A stretch of 64,000 bases of DNA from an uncultured Armatimonadia bacterium (GCA_963749155.1 CAVVLO010000005.1:160001-224000); one strand, 5' to 3'; positions 10,115 through 20,184 are shown, counted from the stretch's first letter. Made by a program: numbers and translations. Notes: a model not told the origin generated them from the sequence alone.

Positions 10115-11347
10115 ATGGCAACACTGGCCGAGGCTCCTCAACCTGAGAAAAGCGCTCCCTTGCCACCGTCCAGTACGGTGTTTAACCGGGAACTGGTACC
10201 ACTCTCGCTGGCGTTCTTCCTGCTTGCCGCTTCAGGCTATTCAATCCAGCAGTTCGTGGTACCCTGGTGGCAAGAGGCGCGGGGATTCTCTGCCGCTCAG
10301 GCTTCGTCGCTCCTGGCCGCCGCTTATGGCGCGATGGCCATCGCCCGCGTGCGCGCAAGCCTCTTGCTGAAACTCCTTGGGGGGTACGAGCTGCTCATCG
10401 GGGGGATGCTCGTCAATCTGCTGTGGGTGATCGCCGCCTTCACGGTGACGAGTTACGCAGGGCTGTTTGTCGCTTCCTGCCTCTGGGGCGCCTTCGCCGG
10501 TGTGCAGTGGGTTGCTTCAGGCAGTCTCGTAACGGAAACCGTCACTGCGGACAAGCGAGGCGCGGCCTCGGGTTATTTTTTCTTGCACCACTTTGGCGGA
10601 CTGGCGCTCGGAGTCTTCGGTTTCGGCTGGCTGCTCGGTCGCTGGGGTATCGAAGTCGCCGCTCTGACCACGGCCTTCGTCTGTGCATCAGCCACCTTCG
10701 TCGCCCTCCTGGTGCCAATACGCCAGCTGCGCCCAGTGGCGGTAGGCTTGAAGACCGTCTTTGCCCAGTTCCACGAGGCCAAGCTCAAGATGGCCGCAGT
10801 GGCAATATTTGTTGGAAGCCTGGGCCTCGGTGCGGTTTTCGGCCCTTTCAGCACCCTCGTTGCCGACCAGTTTGGCCTGGCGCTAATTGGCTCGATTATC
10901 GTGGGATTTCACATTGGCAGGCTGGCCTTCAGCCTGATTATAGGCAGGCTGTCCGATTTGTTCGGGCGGGAAGTGGTGCTTTCAACAGGCTTCTTGCTGG
11001 CCGCTGCCGGTATGGCGCTGGCCAGTCAACAGCAGGTCGCCTGGACGGTGGTTGTAGCCGCGGTGGGTCTCGGTATTGCCCATTCTGTTTCCAATGTCAT
11101 CGCCACGGCCCTGGCTGGGGATGTCGCCACTCCGGAGCTTAAAGTCCAGACTATGTCAGGATTATGGGTTTTCCAGGACCTGGCGGTTGTCCTGTCGGTG
11201 CTTGGGGGGCAGTGGCTCAAGTCCTGGTCTGGCGGATTCGCTCTGCCTTTTGGTATTACTGCGGCTATCTTCGCCGCGACTGGGCTCGGGGCGCTGCTCT
11301 TTGCGCGGAGTTGCTTTGCCAAAGGAGAGGGCGCCTGTGAGCGTTAA
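10115..11347 (+). CDS. MFS transporter
   Basis: About 12 hydrophobic segments; motif GRLSDLFGR. Confidence 0.85.
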   Translation: MATLAEAPQPEKSAPLPPSSTVFNRELVPLSLAFFLLAASGYSIQQFVVPWWQEARGFSAAQASSLLAAAYGAMAIARVRASLLLKLLGGYELLIGGMLVNLLWVIAAFTVTSYAGLFVASCLWGAFAGVQWVASGSLVTETVTADKRGAASGYFFLHHFGGLALGVFGFGWLLGRWGIEVAALTTAFVCASATFVALLVPIRQLRPVAVGLKTVFAQFHEAKLKMAAVAIFVGSLGLGAVFGPFSTLVADQFGLALIGSIIVGFHIGRLAFSLIIGRLSDLFGREVVLSTGFLLAAAGMALASQQQVAWTVVVAAVGLGIAHSVSNVIATALAGDVATPELKVQTMSGLWVFQDLAVVLSVLGGQWLKSWSGGFALPFGITAAIFAATGLGALLFARSCFAKGEGACER

Positions 11348-12530
11348 GGGCGAAAAAGCCATCACTGCCAACCTGGCGCTGCTTGCAGGAGCGGCTTTCC
11401 TGCTTTTTCTGGGCGCCGGAGCAACCCAGCAGTTCGTTGTGCCGCAACTTACCCTGGAGCGGGGTTTTTCCCCGCAAAAAGCCTCCTGGGTGCTTGGGAC
11501 ACTGTATCTCGTCTTCCCGATTGGAAGGCTTTTTTCCAGCCATATGCTCAAAGGGCTGGGTGTCTGGTTTGGGCTGGTGCTGGGCGGCCTGGGTTATGCC
11601 CAGTTTCCACTACTGGTGGCGAACGGATACCCCTTCGGCTGGCTGGTCGCCTCTGCGGGAGTCTGGGGGGCAGCGGCCGCGCTGTTCTGGGTGGCAGGCG
11701 GCGCCGAGGCGTTGCGTGTCAGCAGCGAACGCTATCGAGGCCTGGCGTCAGGGGTATTTATGGGCGCGGTCTTCACTGGGCAGGCGTCGGGAGTTGTGGG
11801 GCAAGGCTGGTTGATAACCCGGCTTGGCTCCACCTGGACCTTCGAACTTTCCTGTTTCGTGACCTTGCTTGGCTGCCTTTTGCTCGCGCTACTCCCCAGA
11901 GAGATGGGCAATTATTCTGAGCCTTCTCTGAAGCGCGCCCTGGCCTACTTCCGCAATCCAGCCTTCACTGTAGCGGCGGGGTATCAATTCGTAATGTCAC
12001 TTGGTTTGGGAGCGGTCTTCGGCTTGCTTGGAGGCGCGACAGGCGAACAGTTCGGACTTGGAGAGGTTGGCATCGCGACCGGCGCATATTATGTGACTCG
12101 CATTGCACTGGCGCCACTTGCCGGGCGGCTTTCTGACCTGCTTGGGCGCACCCGGATGATGACGCTGGCCTTCCTAATCGGGGGATTTGGGCTGGCGTGG
12201 GGCGCCTGGCAACTCACGCTGCCAGCGCTCATACTGGCGGCAATCTGCCTTGCCGTCTCGGGCACGGTCGTGCCCATCTGCGCGCTTGCCCTGGCGGGGG
12301 ATGTCGCCGCGCCTGGAGAGCGGCATCTGTCACTTTCGGCGCTCTTCGCCGCAGGCGATTTTGGTGTCGCCCTTGCGATTATCGGTGGCCAGTATATGCG
12401 GTTGCTTGCGACAAATTCCAGTTATGCCGTGCCTTTTGGCGTGTTGGCTGGGGTTATGTTGCTTACAGCCTTTGCCGCCCTTGGGGTGGAACTGCGCTCC
12501 AGACTTGCCCGGCCAGCCGAAGTTTCCTAA
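11337..12530 (+). CDS. MFS transporter (paralogue of the upstream gene)
   Basis: GTG start at 11337 after AAAGGAGAGG; about 12 TM segments; GRLSDLLGR; shares QQFVVP and SLGLGAVFG with the neighbour. Confidence 0.85.
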   Translation: MSVKGEKAITANLALLAGAAFLLFLGAGATQQFVVPQLTLERGFSPQKASWVLGTLYLVFPIGRLFSSHMLKGLGVWFGLVLGGLGYAQFPLLVANGYPFGWLVASAGVWGAAAALFWVAGGAEALRVSSERYRGLASGVFMGAVFTGQASGVVGQGWLITRLGSTWTFELSCFVTLLGCLLLALLPREMGNYSEPSLKRALAYFRNPAFTVAAGYQFVMSLGLGAVFGLLGGATGEQFGLGEVGIATGAYYVTRIALAPLAGRLSDLLGRTRMMTLAFLIGGFGLAWGAWQLTLPALILAAICLAVSGTVVPICALALAGDVAAPGERHLSLSALFAAGDFGVALAIIGGQYMRLLATNSSYAVPFGVLAGVMLLTAFAALGVELRSRLARPAEVS

Positions 12531-13504
12531 TCGTAGCCTGTGAATTCTTCGAGTAACTGCTCAAACTCGGCCAGAGATGCGAGCTGATTAAGCCTGACTC
12601 GCAGCCCCGCGCCCTGGGGCACATTGCGGGTCAGGGCGCTTGCATATTTTCTGAGGCCAAGCACCGCGCCGCGCTCACTGTCGAAATCCGCCAGGGCTCT
12701 TGCCAGCTCGAGCATGAAGGTCTTCCTGACACTGTAATCAGCCGGGCAAGGGAGCTTCTCGCCTCGAAGCAGGGCTTTGGCCTCGGAGAAGAGCCAGGGA
12801 TTCGCAAGCGCCGGCCTGCCAAGCATAATCCCAGCAAAAGGCGCTTCCTCCAGCGCGCGAACGATGGCTTCGGCCTCCCAGAAGTCGCCATTGGCAAGCA
12901 GAGGGAAGCCCTCAAATTCGCGCGCCAGAAGCGCCAGCTCTCCCTGACGGGACGGCGTCCTGTAAGTCTCTCTCGCATATCTGCCGTGCACTGTGACCGC
13001 ACAGGCACCGGCCCTGCGGGCGGCCTCGATAAGTTGCCTGGCGTCAGGTTGGCCAGGATCAGGGCCAAGTCGCAGTTTGACCGTCACAGGCAGGTTGGTC
13101 GCCTCACAGACGGCAGAGATTATCTCGCTCAGCCGGCCTGGGTCTTCGAGTAACCTGGCGCCCGCGCCAGTCCGCATTACCTTGGGCACACTGCAGCCGG
13201 CATTGATATCCAGCAGGGCAGGCCCAAACTCGGTAGCTCGCCTGGCCGCTGCCCCCATACGCTCGGGTTCGGCTCCGAAGAGCTGCAGGGCGACGGGTTG
13301 TTCTTCAGGACAGGTCTGCATCAGCTTGCTGGTGCGCTTGTCCTTGAACCATATAGCGTTGGCGCTTATCATCTCGCTGACCACAAGATCAGCGCCCAGT
13401 GGCTTTACAAGCCGGCGGAAAGGCAGATTGGTGTAACCTGCAAGTGGCGCCAGGCCGAGTACGGGAGTTTTCAGAGGGAACCTGTCGGAGGCAGATTCAG
13501 GCAA
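12527..13504 (-). CDS. dusB: tRNA-dihydrouridine synthase, DusB-like
   Basis: LAPLAG, SEMIS, LQLFG, DINAGC, GAGARL, PVTVKLR, VHGR, ANGD, GIMLGR, NPWLF. Confidence 0.88.
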   Translation of the reverse strand: MPESASDRFPLKTPVLGLAPLAGYTNLPFRRLVKPLGADLVVSEMISANAIWFKDKRTSKLMQTCPEEQPVALQLFGAEPERMGAAARRATEFGPALLDINAGCSVPKVMRTGAGARLLEDPGRLSEIISAVCEATNLPVTVKLRLGPDPGQPDARQLIEAARRAGACAVTVHGRYARETYRTPSRQGELALLAREFEGFPLLANGDFWEAEAIVRALEEAPFAGIMLGRPALANPWLFSEAKALLRGEKLPCPADYSVRKTFMLELARALADFDSERGAVLGLRKYASALTRNVPQGAGLRVRLNQLASLAEFEQLLEEFTGYD

Positions 13505-14261
13505 GCCGCTCCTCCAGCAGGCGGATACCCTGAAGGGTAAGGTCAGGGCGGATCAGTTGGGTATCCAGCCTGCGAGACCTGGCCGCAACAAGCTCCGCAT
13601 CGCCGCCTGTCAGCAGCACGGCAAGCGGATTGCCCAGGCGCAGTTCATATTCGTCCAGCAAGCGGTCGACAGCGCCCGCCAGGCCATAATGCAATCCCGC
13701 CTGGAGGCAGGCTCTGGTGGTATCTCCAACAGGCTGAGAGGGCACTGCTGGTTCAATATCGGGAAGTTGGGCAGTTCCCAGCTTCAAGGCCTGCAGCATC
13801 AGCCGCGCGCCTGGAAGGATTGCCCCTCCAACGAATTCTTCTGCTGCATCGAGAAGGTCAATTGTAATCGCCGTACCCGCGTCCACCACAGCAAGGGGAC
13901 ACTGAACCTCGGCCTTAGCCGCGACCAGATTAACAATCCTGTCCAGTCCGACCGATTCGGGAGGATTGTATCGGAGTACCAGGCCTGTTGAGGAATGGGA
14001 GATAATCCGGGGCACAGGCAGACCGAGTAGCGGCTGAAGGTCCATCAGCCGAAGGGCAAAGGCAGGCACTACGCTGCAAACCGCAACCTGTTTGATTGAT
14101 TCCAGATGAATGCCAAGCCGCTCTCGCAACTCGTCAGAAGATTGCTGGATCGGCCCATCGAGCAGGCAAGGCAAAGGCACAGCCCAGCGCTCCAGCAGCA
14201 CCGCGCCCTCGAACAAACCCAAACTGACTCGAGTATTACCGACATTCAACGCAAGCAACAT
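13497..14261 (-). CDS. coaX: Type III pantothenate kinase
   Basis: NVGNT, CSVVP, VGLDR, VVDAGTAITID, GGAILPG, TAQLP, TGGDA, LTLQG. Confidence 0.9.
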   Translation of the reverse strand: MLLALNVGNTRVSLGLFEGAVLLERWAVPLPCLLDGPIQQSSDELRERLGIHLESIKQVAVCSVVPAFALRLMDLQPLLGLPVPRIISHSSTGLVLRYNPPESVGLDRIVNLVAAKAEVQCPLAVVDAGTAITIDLLDAAEEFVGGAILPGARLMLQALKLGTAQLPDIEPAVPSQPVGDTTRACLQAGLHYGLAGAVDRLLDEYELRLGNPLAVLLTGGDAELVAARSRRLDTQLIRPDLTLQGIRLLEERLA

Positions 14262-14278
14262 AGGTTGGCAACCAAAGA

Positions 14279-14302
14279 GCGCGTGCCTCGAAAGGCACGC
14301 GC
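14279..14302 (-). terminator. Perfect 10-bp hairpin between the regulator gene and coaX (terminator or processing/stability hairpin)
   Basis: GCGCGTGCCT-cgaa-AGGCACGCGC (UUCG loop on the minus strand); only a short T tract follows. Confidence 0.5.
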
Positions 14303-14342
14303 CCAGGTGATGTTTTTCAGATCGACGCGACCCTCACGGGCC

Positions 14343-15068
14343 TTACTCGGTTTCTTCTGCGCCTTCGCCATACGGCGCCAAAAACTTGTAACCGATTGTC
14401 TGGACGGTTGCGATTAGCTTCGGATCGGCGGCATCCTCTTCGACCTTGGTACGCAGATAACGTATGTGGACGGTCAGGGTACGGTCGTCAGCGTCGGTGG
14501 GCATATTCCACACCTGGCGCAAGATTTCCTGACGGGTTACTGCTTTGCCCGCATTGGCCATCAGCAGGTAAAGCAGATTGAATTCTTTGGCGGTCAGGTG
14601 GATTTGCTCGTCCCGGACGAATACTTCGCGCTTCTCCGGTTCGATTCGAATATTATGCAGCTCGATGGGAGGCGATTTTGGGGTGACAAGTGACTTGTTA
14701 TATTCAACAGCGCGCCTGAGATGCGCTCTCACGCGCGCGCACAGCTCTTCGGCGGTCACTGGTTTGGTCACATAATCATCGGCGCCAGCATCCAGGCCAA
14801 CGACTTTCGCAGTAGGCGAGGTGGTGCTGCTCAGCATTATAATTGGCCCGCTGAGTTCCTCGCGCAGGATGCGGCAAACCTCAAATCCGCTGACATCGGG
14901 CAGCACCAGATCCAGAATAATTGCATCTGGCTGCTCGGCTCTGGCTACAGTGATCCCGCTAACGCCATCTTCACAAGTTAGTATCTCGAAACCTTGATCT
15001 GAAAGCTGCTCGCGTACCTGTTCCAGCAGCTCGATATCATCATCAATAACAAGCACTTTGCTGGTCAT
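14343..15068 (-). CDS. OmpR/PhoB-family response regulator (no adjacent kinase)
   Basis: Receiver (VIDDD, ILDLVLP, GADDYVTKP) plus winged helix (LTAKEFNLL, RTLTVHIRYLRTKVE, TVQTIGY). Confidence 0.92.
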   Translation of the reverse strand: MTSKVLVIDDDIELLEQVREQLSDQGFEILTCEDGVSGITVARAEQPDAIILDLVLPDVSGFEVCRILREELSGPIIMLSSTTSPTAKVVGLDAGADDYVTKPVTAEELCARVRAHLRRAVEYNKSLVTPKSPPIELHNIRIEPEKREVFVRDEQIHLTAKEFNLLYLLMANAGKAVTRQEILRQVWNMPTDADDRTLTVHIRYLRTKVEEDAADPKLIATVQTIGYKFLAPYGEGAEETE

Positions 15069-15186
15069 CTGTATCGCCTCATCAAGTTGCCTGGCAATCG
15101 TGTAACACTAATAGTGTAATTATATAGCACAAAGACCACTTTAACGCAACGCTAAGGAGACTTAAGATTGGGCAAAGTCGAAGGTT

Positions 15187-16188
15187 TTACTTGAGACTCG
15201 CAAGGACCTGTTTGAGGAGTTCAGGGGAGAAGTCGCCAGCAACGAGGACTTCGGTCTGTCCAATTACGCTCTTGTACATCGTAGCGCCAGCAAGCGGCAA
15301 GCCAGTCCCGTCGGGAAGTGGCGCGAAGGCACCAGCGCTGCCACCTTTGGGACGCTCGAAAAGACTAATCACGCCCAGGCCGTCCGTATACCTGAGCCAG
15401 GCCACCCGGGTACCGGGCAGATTAAGTATGCTGCCGGATTCAAACTGAAATCCTTTGGGGGTGGGGGAAGGTTTCAGCAATTTGAACTGGGCCAGTTTTT
15501 CGAGCCGGTCTAACGAATCAACATTAAGAGGAGCAGGTCGCCAGACCAAAGCCGTGCCCGGAGGCGGGACGAACTGGAAAAGCTGTTGGGGCGCCCCGGC
15601 AGGGAAGCGCAGATCCTCGATGCTCGTCTCGATGACGGAGCCGTGACCCAAATCCACGCGTCGCTTAAGCTCGACAAGCCGCTCGGTCTCAAGCCACAGT
15701 GTCCGCACCGGGTAGCTGTAGTTTTTCGGTTTTACGGTTATCTCGACGCAGGGTCGTCCAAATAATACTCCATCGGCTCCGCGCACGAATTCGAAGTTCC
15801 GCAGCAGCAAGTTCCTGTTCTTGATGATTTCTGGCCGCGCCCAGCGATAAGGGCCAGTCTCTCCCTTGGAAAGCAGTACCAGCCTGCGCTGCGGCACAAA
15901 GTGAGATTGCTGCTCGCCATCGCAGACCAGAAGTTGACCGGCCAGACCGCGTGGTTCGAGGAACTCGCTTCGGTATCTGTGACCTGGCGCTCTGACAATC
16001 CGCGCCACTACCTGCTGCCGATCGCCCCCTCGCACCACAGTAGTCCGCTCCAGGCCCATATAAAGCTGGGTCTGCTCGCTCTGGATGAGCCTGTCGAGCC
16101 AGTGGACATCCGCCAGGGCCAGCCCTGTCAGTGCAAGCAGCGCGGCCAGCAGAATCCAAATCAAATTATAGGGGGTTGCCCTGGTCAT
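15187..16188 (-). CDS. MucB/RseB-family sigma-E regulatory protein (exported)
   Basis: Signal-like N terminus; LolA/RseB-like fold features (YRSEFLEP, FQFVPPPG, LRYTDGLGVISLFE); third gene of the ECF/anti-sigma operon. Confidence 0.75.
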   Translation of the reverse strand: MTRATPYNLIWILLAALLALTGLALADVHWLDRLIQSEQTQLYMGLERTTVVRGGDRQQVVARIVRAPGHRYRSEFLEPRGLAGQLLVCDGEQQSHFVPQRRLVLLSKGETGPYRWARPEIIKNRNLLLRNFEFVRGADGVLFGRPCVEITVKPKNYSYPVRTLWLETERLVELKRRVDLGHGSVIETSIEDLRFPAGAPQQLFQFVPPPGTALVWRPAPLNVDSLDRLEKLAQFKLLKPSPTPKGFQFESGSILNLPGTRVAWLRYTDGLGVISLFERPKGGSAGAFAPLPDGTGLPLAGATMYKSVIGQTEVLVAGDFSPELLKQVLASLK

Positions 16189-16198
16189 CTTGTCAGCT

Positions 16199-16731
16199 CT
16201 AGTTTTGGCCTTGTTCGAAGACTACCGGTTCGGTCACGTACTCCGCGCTGAAAGGCAGCCCAGCCAGGTCGACACTATAATACTGATGATTGTTGAGACA
16301 AACGGCTGTAAGCTCCTGACCGCTTGCGGACAATCATCTGCGATAGTCTGTCCGCCAGGCATTATCTGCGGTGCTTGCTGGTTGCCTGCAAGGTTAATCC
16401 AGAGGGAAACAGCCAGCACCAAAACTAGTCCAGCCGCGAAGACAGGCGCAAACCGACTGTGACGAAATCCGCGGATCCACTCAAGCAAACCTGGGCGCTG
16501 CTGCATAGTGCCAAGCAAGGCCAGCTCGCGCTTGACCGCGAGGTGGAGGTCAGGTTTGGCGGTCTCAACAGGCAGCGAAGCCACCAAATCTACAGTGCGC
16601 TCAAGCCGCATCAACTCGACGTTGCAGGCAGGGCACTCTTCAAGGTGCTTTTCCATCAGCGCCTGCAGCCGGGGCGAGAGTTCGCCATCCAGGTAGTGAG
16701 AAAGTAAAGCTTTGATTTCTGTGCAGTTCAT
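16199..16731 (-). CDS. Zinc-finger (zf-HC2) membrane anti-sigma factor; probable frameshift near 16330
   Basis: MNCTEIK...YLDGEL...HLEECPAC (HxxxCxxC) followed by one TM helix. As read the frame stops at 16234; an alternative frame continues GQELTAVCLNNHQYYS... to TAG at 16199, just before the rseB-like start. Confidence 0.8.
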
Positions 16732-16732
16732 C

Positions 16733-17314
16733 TTATTCACCAGCGTAAACATAGGAGCGCAGTGTGGTCTTGAGCTGTTCGCGCGCATTGTGGATGCGTG
16801 ATTTGACCGTACCCAGCGGGACACCAATTACCTCGGCTATCTCGCTGTATTGCAGTCCCTGCAAATCGTGCAAAACTAATACTGCGCGCAATTTGGGCGG
16901 AAGCTGCAGGATAGCCTTCCGCACCTCGCGTTGCAGTTCCCAGGCGGTAAGCTGGGACAGCGGCTCACCGTCTGCTTCAAGCGTATCTACGAGCGCGCGG
17001 CCTTCTTCAGGCTCGGCGTCAATAGAAAGAGGCGCCGGAACCCTTTGCTGCTTGCGCGCGGCATCAATGCAATGGTTGGTGGCAATCCTGTATAACCAGG
17101 TCTTGAAACTGGAGTTGCCCTTGAAACTGCCCAGCTTGGTGAAAGCTTTGACCAAAGCTTCCTGAGCGACATCATTGGCATCATCAGAGGAGCCACAGAA
17201 CTTCGCAATATAGTTGACCAACTCGTCCTGATAACGACGCGCAAGTTCGGCAAAGGCTTCCAGATCGCCTCTGCGCGCCAGTTGCACCAGTTCCAGTTCA
17301 GTCTCGAGTCTCAA
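16733..17314 (-). CDS. ECF sigma factor (RpoE/SigW-like)
   Basis: Region 2 DVAQEALVKAF...FKTWLYRIATN; region 4 YSEIAEVIGVPLGTVKSRIHNAR; TTG start after AGGAGAG. Confidence 0.92.
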   Translation of the reverse strand: MRLETELELVQLARRGDLEAFAELARRYQDELVNYIAKFCGSSDDANDVAQEALVKAFTKLGSFKGNSSFKTWLYRIATNHCIDAARKQQRVPAPLSIDAEPEEGRALVDTLEADGEPLSQLTAWELQREVRKAILQLPPKLRAVLVLHDLQGLQYSEIAEVIGVPLGTVKSRIHNAREQLKTTLRSYVYAGE

Positions 17315-17344
17315 GTAGCCCTCTCTCCTTGCCTGTTATCCTGA

Positions 17345-17372
17345 TAGACGCCCATTCTTCCAATTGGGTTCA
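17345..17372 (-). promoter_or_regulatory. Candidate autoregulatory ECF promoter
   Basis: Minus strand TGAACC-N16-CGTCTA about 30 nt upstream of the ECF start; matches the AAC/CGT pattern of ECF promoters. Confidence 0.6.
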
Positions 17373-17509
17373 GCTTTTCGGCATTTTACTTGATGAAGAA
17401 GACTGCGTCGAAAGGAGTTCCGCCGGGAAGGCCGAATTACCTGAGTAACTTTGCTTGTTAGACAAAACAAGGTCACAGCCTTAAGCATATAATCGGAGGA
17501 GGAGTGGTA

Positions 17510-18403
17510 ATGAATTGGGTCATATGGGGAGTAGTCCTGTTCTTCCTGTTGCTTGGGACGCTCTTTACAGTAGCGCAGCAGACTGCCGCAATAGTGCAGC
17601 GGTTTGGGCGTTTCCGCAAGGTATGCACGCCAGGCCTTAACATCAAGGTGCCTATCATAGACAGCATAGCAGGACGAATCAGCCTGCGCGTACAGCAACT
17701 GGACGTCAGAGTCGAGACGAAGACCCAGGACAACGTTTTCGTGCATGTGGTCGTGTCAGTTCAGTATTTTGTAGAGTCGTCCAGGGTATTCGAGGCTTTC
17801 TACAAACTGGATGATCCGGCCAGGCAGATTACCGCTTTCGTCTTCGATGTCGTGCGCGCGCGCGTCCCGACAATGATCCTCGATGATGTCTTCGAGAAGA
17901 AAGACGAAGTCGCCGACGCCGTGAAGAACGAACTCGCCACCGTGATGAGCGACTTTGGTTATGGCATCCTGAAGGCCCTGGTCACCGACATCGAGCCGGA
18001 CGCGAAAGTGAAGGACTCGATGAACGAGATCAACGCCGCCCAGCGGTTGCGTGTTGCCGCCAATGAAAAGGGCGAAGCCGAGAAGATCCTGAGAGTGAAG
18101 TCGGCCGAGGCCGAAGCACAGAGCAAGGCGCTGCAAGGCCAGGGTATCGCCGACCAGCGCAAGGCCATCGTGAACGGCCTGCGCGAATCGGTCCAGGATT
18201 TCCAGGGGGGCGTGCCTGGCGCCACGGCGCACGATGTAATGCAACTCGTGCTGCTGACGCAGTATTTTGACACCATCAAGGAAGTCGGTGGCTCGGACAA
18301 GGCAACAACCATCTTGCTGCCGCACTCGCCAGGCGGTTTGGCCGATATTGCCAACCAGTTGCGCGATGCTATGATCGCTGCCAACCAGGTGCCAAACAAG
18401 TAA
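17510..18403 (+). CDS. SPFH/band 7 domain membrane protein
   Basis: N-terminal TM, IVQRFGRF, PGLN, VETKTQDNVFV, TDIEPD, SMNEINAAQRLR, TQYFDT; RBS GGAGGAGG. Confidence 0.92.
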   Translation: MNWVIWGVVLFFLLLGTLFTVAQQTAAIVQRFGRFRKVCTPGLNIKVPIIDSIAGRISLRVQQLDVRVETKTQDNVFVHVVVSVQYFVESSRVFEAFYKLDDPARQITAFVFDVVRARVPTMILDDVFEKKDEVADAVKNELATVMSDFGYGILKALVTDIEPDAKVKDSMNEINAAQRLRVAANEKGEAEKILRVKSAEAEAQSKALQGQGIADQRKAIVNGLRESVQDFQGGVPGATAHDVMQLVLLTQYFDTIKEVGGSDKATTILLPHSPGGLADIANQLRDAMIAANQVPNK

Positions 18404-18440
18404 CAGGCAAGCGAGCCGGAAGACAGATCTGTGGGGCGCG

Positions 18441-20138
18441 TCAGTTGCTGGCGCGCCCTTCTTTATGCGCCTCAAGCCAGAGCGCTCTGAACTCCGGAAG
18501 GGTTACCGGCACGTATTCGTCTCCCAGCGCATCGAGGACAGCCTGGATCTCCGTCGGCTTATAGGCCCAGGAAAGCGCCATCACGCTGAGGAAGGCCGGC
18601 CTGTCGGTTGGTGTATGCGCGCGGATGTCCTCTACCAGCCAGTTGATGGTCTCGTCCCTTGACTTCGAACCATAGTCAGGATCCCAGCGCGTCCGAAGGT
18701 GGGTCACGAACACATCCCCAGCCCCGAGCAGGTAGTTGGCTTCCGCCTCGGTTGGTTCGCCATCGCGGCCCATCCCCATAACCAGAGTGTCGACTTCAGG
18801 CAGCCCTTCGATAAAACGCAAGGTAGTTGCGTCTTCTATCTGCCGGTCGAAGGGTCTCCAGGCGTTGGTGTAGAGGCCAAGACCTGTCCAGCCAAGTCGC
18901 TTGAGCGTAGCGCGCGTCAGGGCAAGATAATTGCTCCAGCCCTGTTCAGGGTCGTCCAGCTTGCTCATAAAGTCGCGATAGGGGTGGGTGTAGGCATAAC
19001 CTGAGATGGCCCCATAGAGATAATCGTTGGGGGTAGCGATCTCGAGGAAATATTCCATCACCGGGGGCATCAGATCGAACGCCACGAGGCCCTGGCTCCA
19101 GTTTATTGGGAAGGCGCCCCGGGCAGGATCGTCCCACCATTGGCGCTGCAGACGATAAAGGTACATCGGCGAGTCGCCGGATTCGACCTGTTCGACGGCG
19201 AGATAGACCTTCGAGGGGTCATAAGCCGGTGGGGTGCGCTGCTTCAGCCGCTGCTGGCAGGCTTCGGCGGCGCCTTCGAGGTCGCAATGATTCCCGCAGA
19301 GTACGGAGAGATTGTCAACCAGTCAGACACGACCGTGTACTTTGCCATACTCCCCCGCGAGCCCAACACCCGAGTATTCGTTGAGACCAGGTCCAGGCCA
19401 GAGTACCAGAAACCAAGCACGGGGATATTGGCGGGAGAGGCCGCAAGCAGTTTTTCGGCGAAGACCCGTTCGGCCTCGATGTTGGAAGTCGACGCCGTCC
19501 TCCGGCCTCCGTGGCGGTTACCCAGAAGCAGAAACACGTGTTGCTGGACGAGGTAGTCGCGCAGCAAATGGACGACAGGCACTTGGGTGGTAGCAGGCAA
19601 GCACCTGAGGTGACAGGCGGGGCCAGAGGGTCTCGATAAATGCCCACTCATAGGCTTCGACGTTAGACTTCCAGCGACCTCGCAGGTCGATAAGTGTTTT
19701 GCCCTGGGCAAATCGTTCGAGGTCAACTGGGGCGACAACGGGGGCTTCTTCAAGGCCTGCAATCATCGTTGCGATGTTGATTGAAGCCGGTAGAGCGGGA
19801 TCATAGACCACCACTTGGTCGAAGTCGGGCAGATGCCTCTCCAGGAACTGGGCAAGAGTCAGAGCCTCGTGACTCTTCACATAGCCCTTCTCCTCAAAAC
19901 GCGCCAACCAGAAGTCATCCTCGGCGCCTCTGCGGACGAAGACGTGAGTCGCTTCTCCCCGGTTTAGCAGCCCCTGCAAGGTCGTCGCTGTGAACGCCTC
20001 ATCCAGGCTTGAGCCGACCAGGTCGACATATTCCAGACTGGCCGCGGGAGGTGGACAGGGCGGGAAGGGCGATTGGGCAAGGGCGGGCAAGCCTGACAAG
20101 CTTACGAGTAACAGGACAGCAAACAGGATTTCTACCAT
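18441..20138 (-). pseudogene. GxGYxYP-family putative glycoside hydrolase broken by several frameshifts (~19150-19690); pseudogene or assembly error
   Basis: N-terminal part has ATTLQGLLNR, VVYDP, INIATMIAG, DLRGRW. Middle part has LRDYLVQ and NIPVLGFW. C-terminal part has PINWS, ATPNDY and GAISGYAYTHP. The pieces lie in different frames. Confidence 0.7.
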
Positions 20139-20152
20139 AGACTTCTCCAAAT

Positions 20153-20184
20153 AAAAAAGACTGGGCCGCTTTCACGACCCAGTC
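20153..20184 (-). terminator. Intrinsic terminator of the lipoprotein gene
   Basis: Minus strand GACTGGGTCG-tgaaag-CGGCCCAGTC followed by TTTTTT. Confidence 0.8.

Noticed and set aside
11076..11336. N-terminal 87 aa of the 484-aa MFS ORF
   Set aside because: It overlaps the upstream MFS gene; a strong RBS supports GTG 11337 as the real start.
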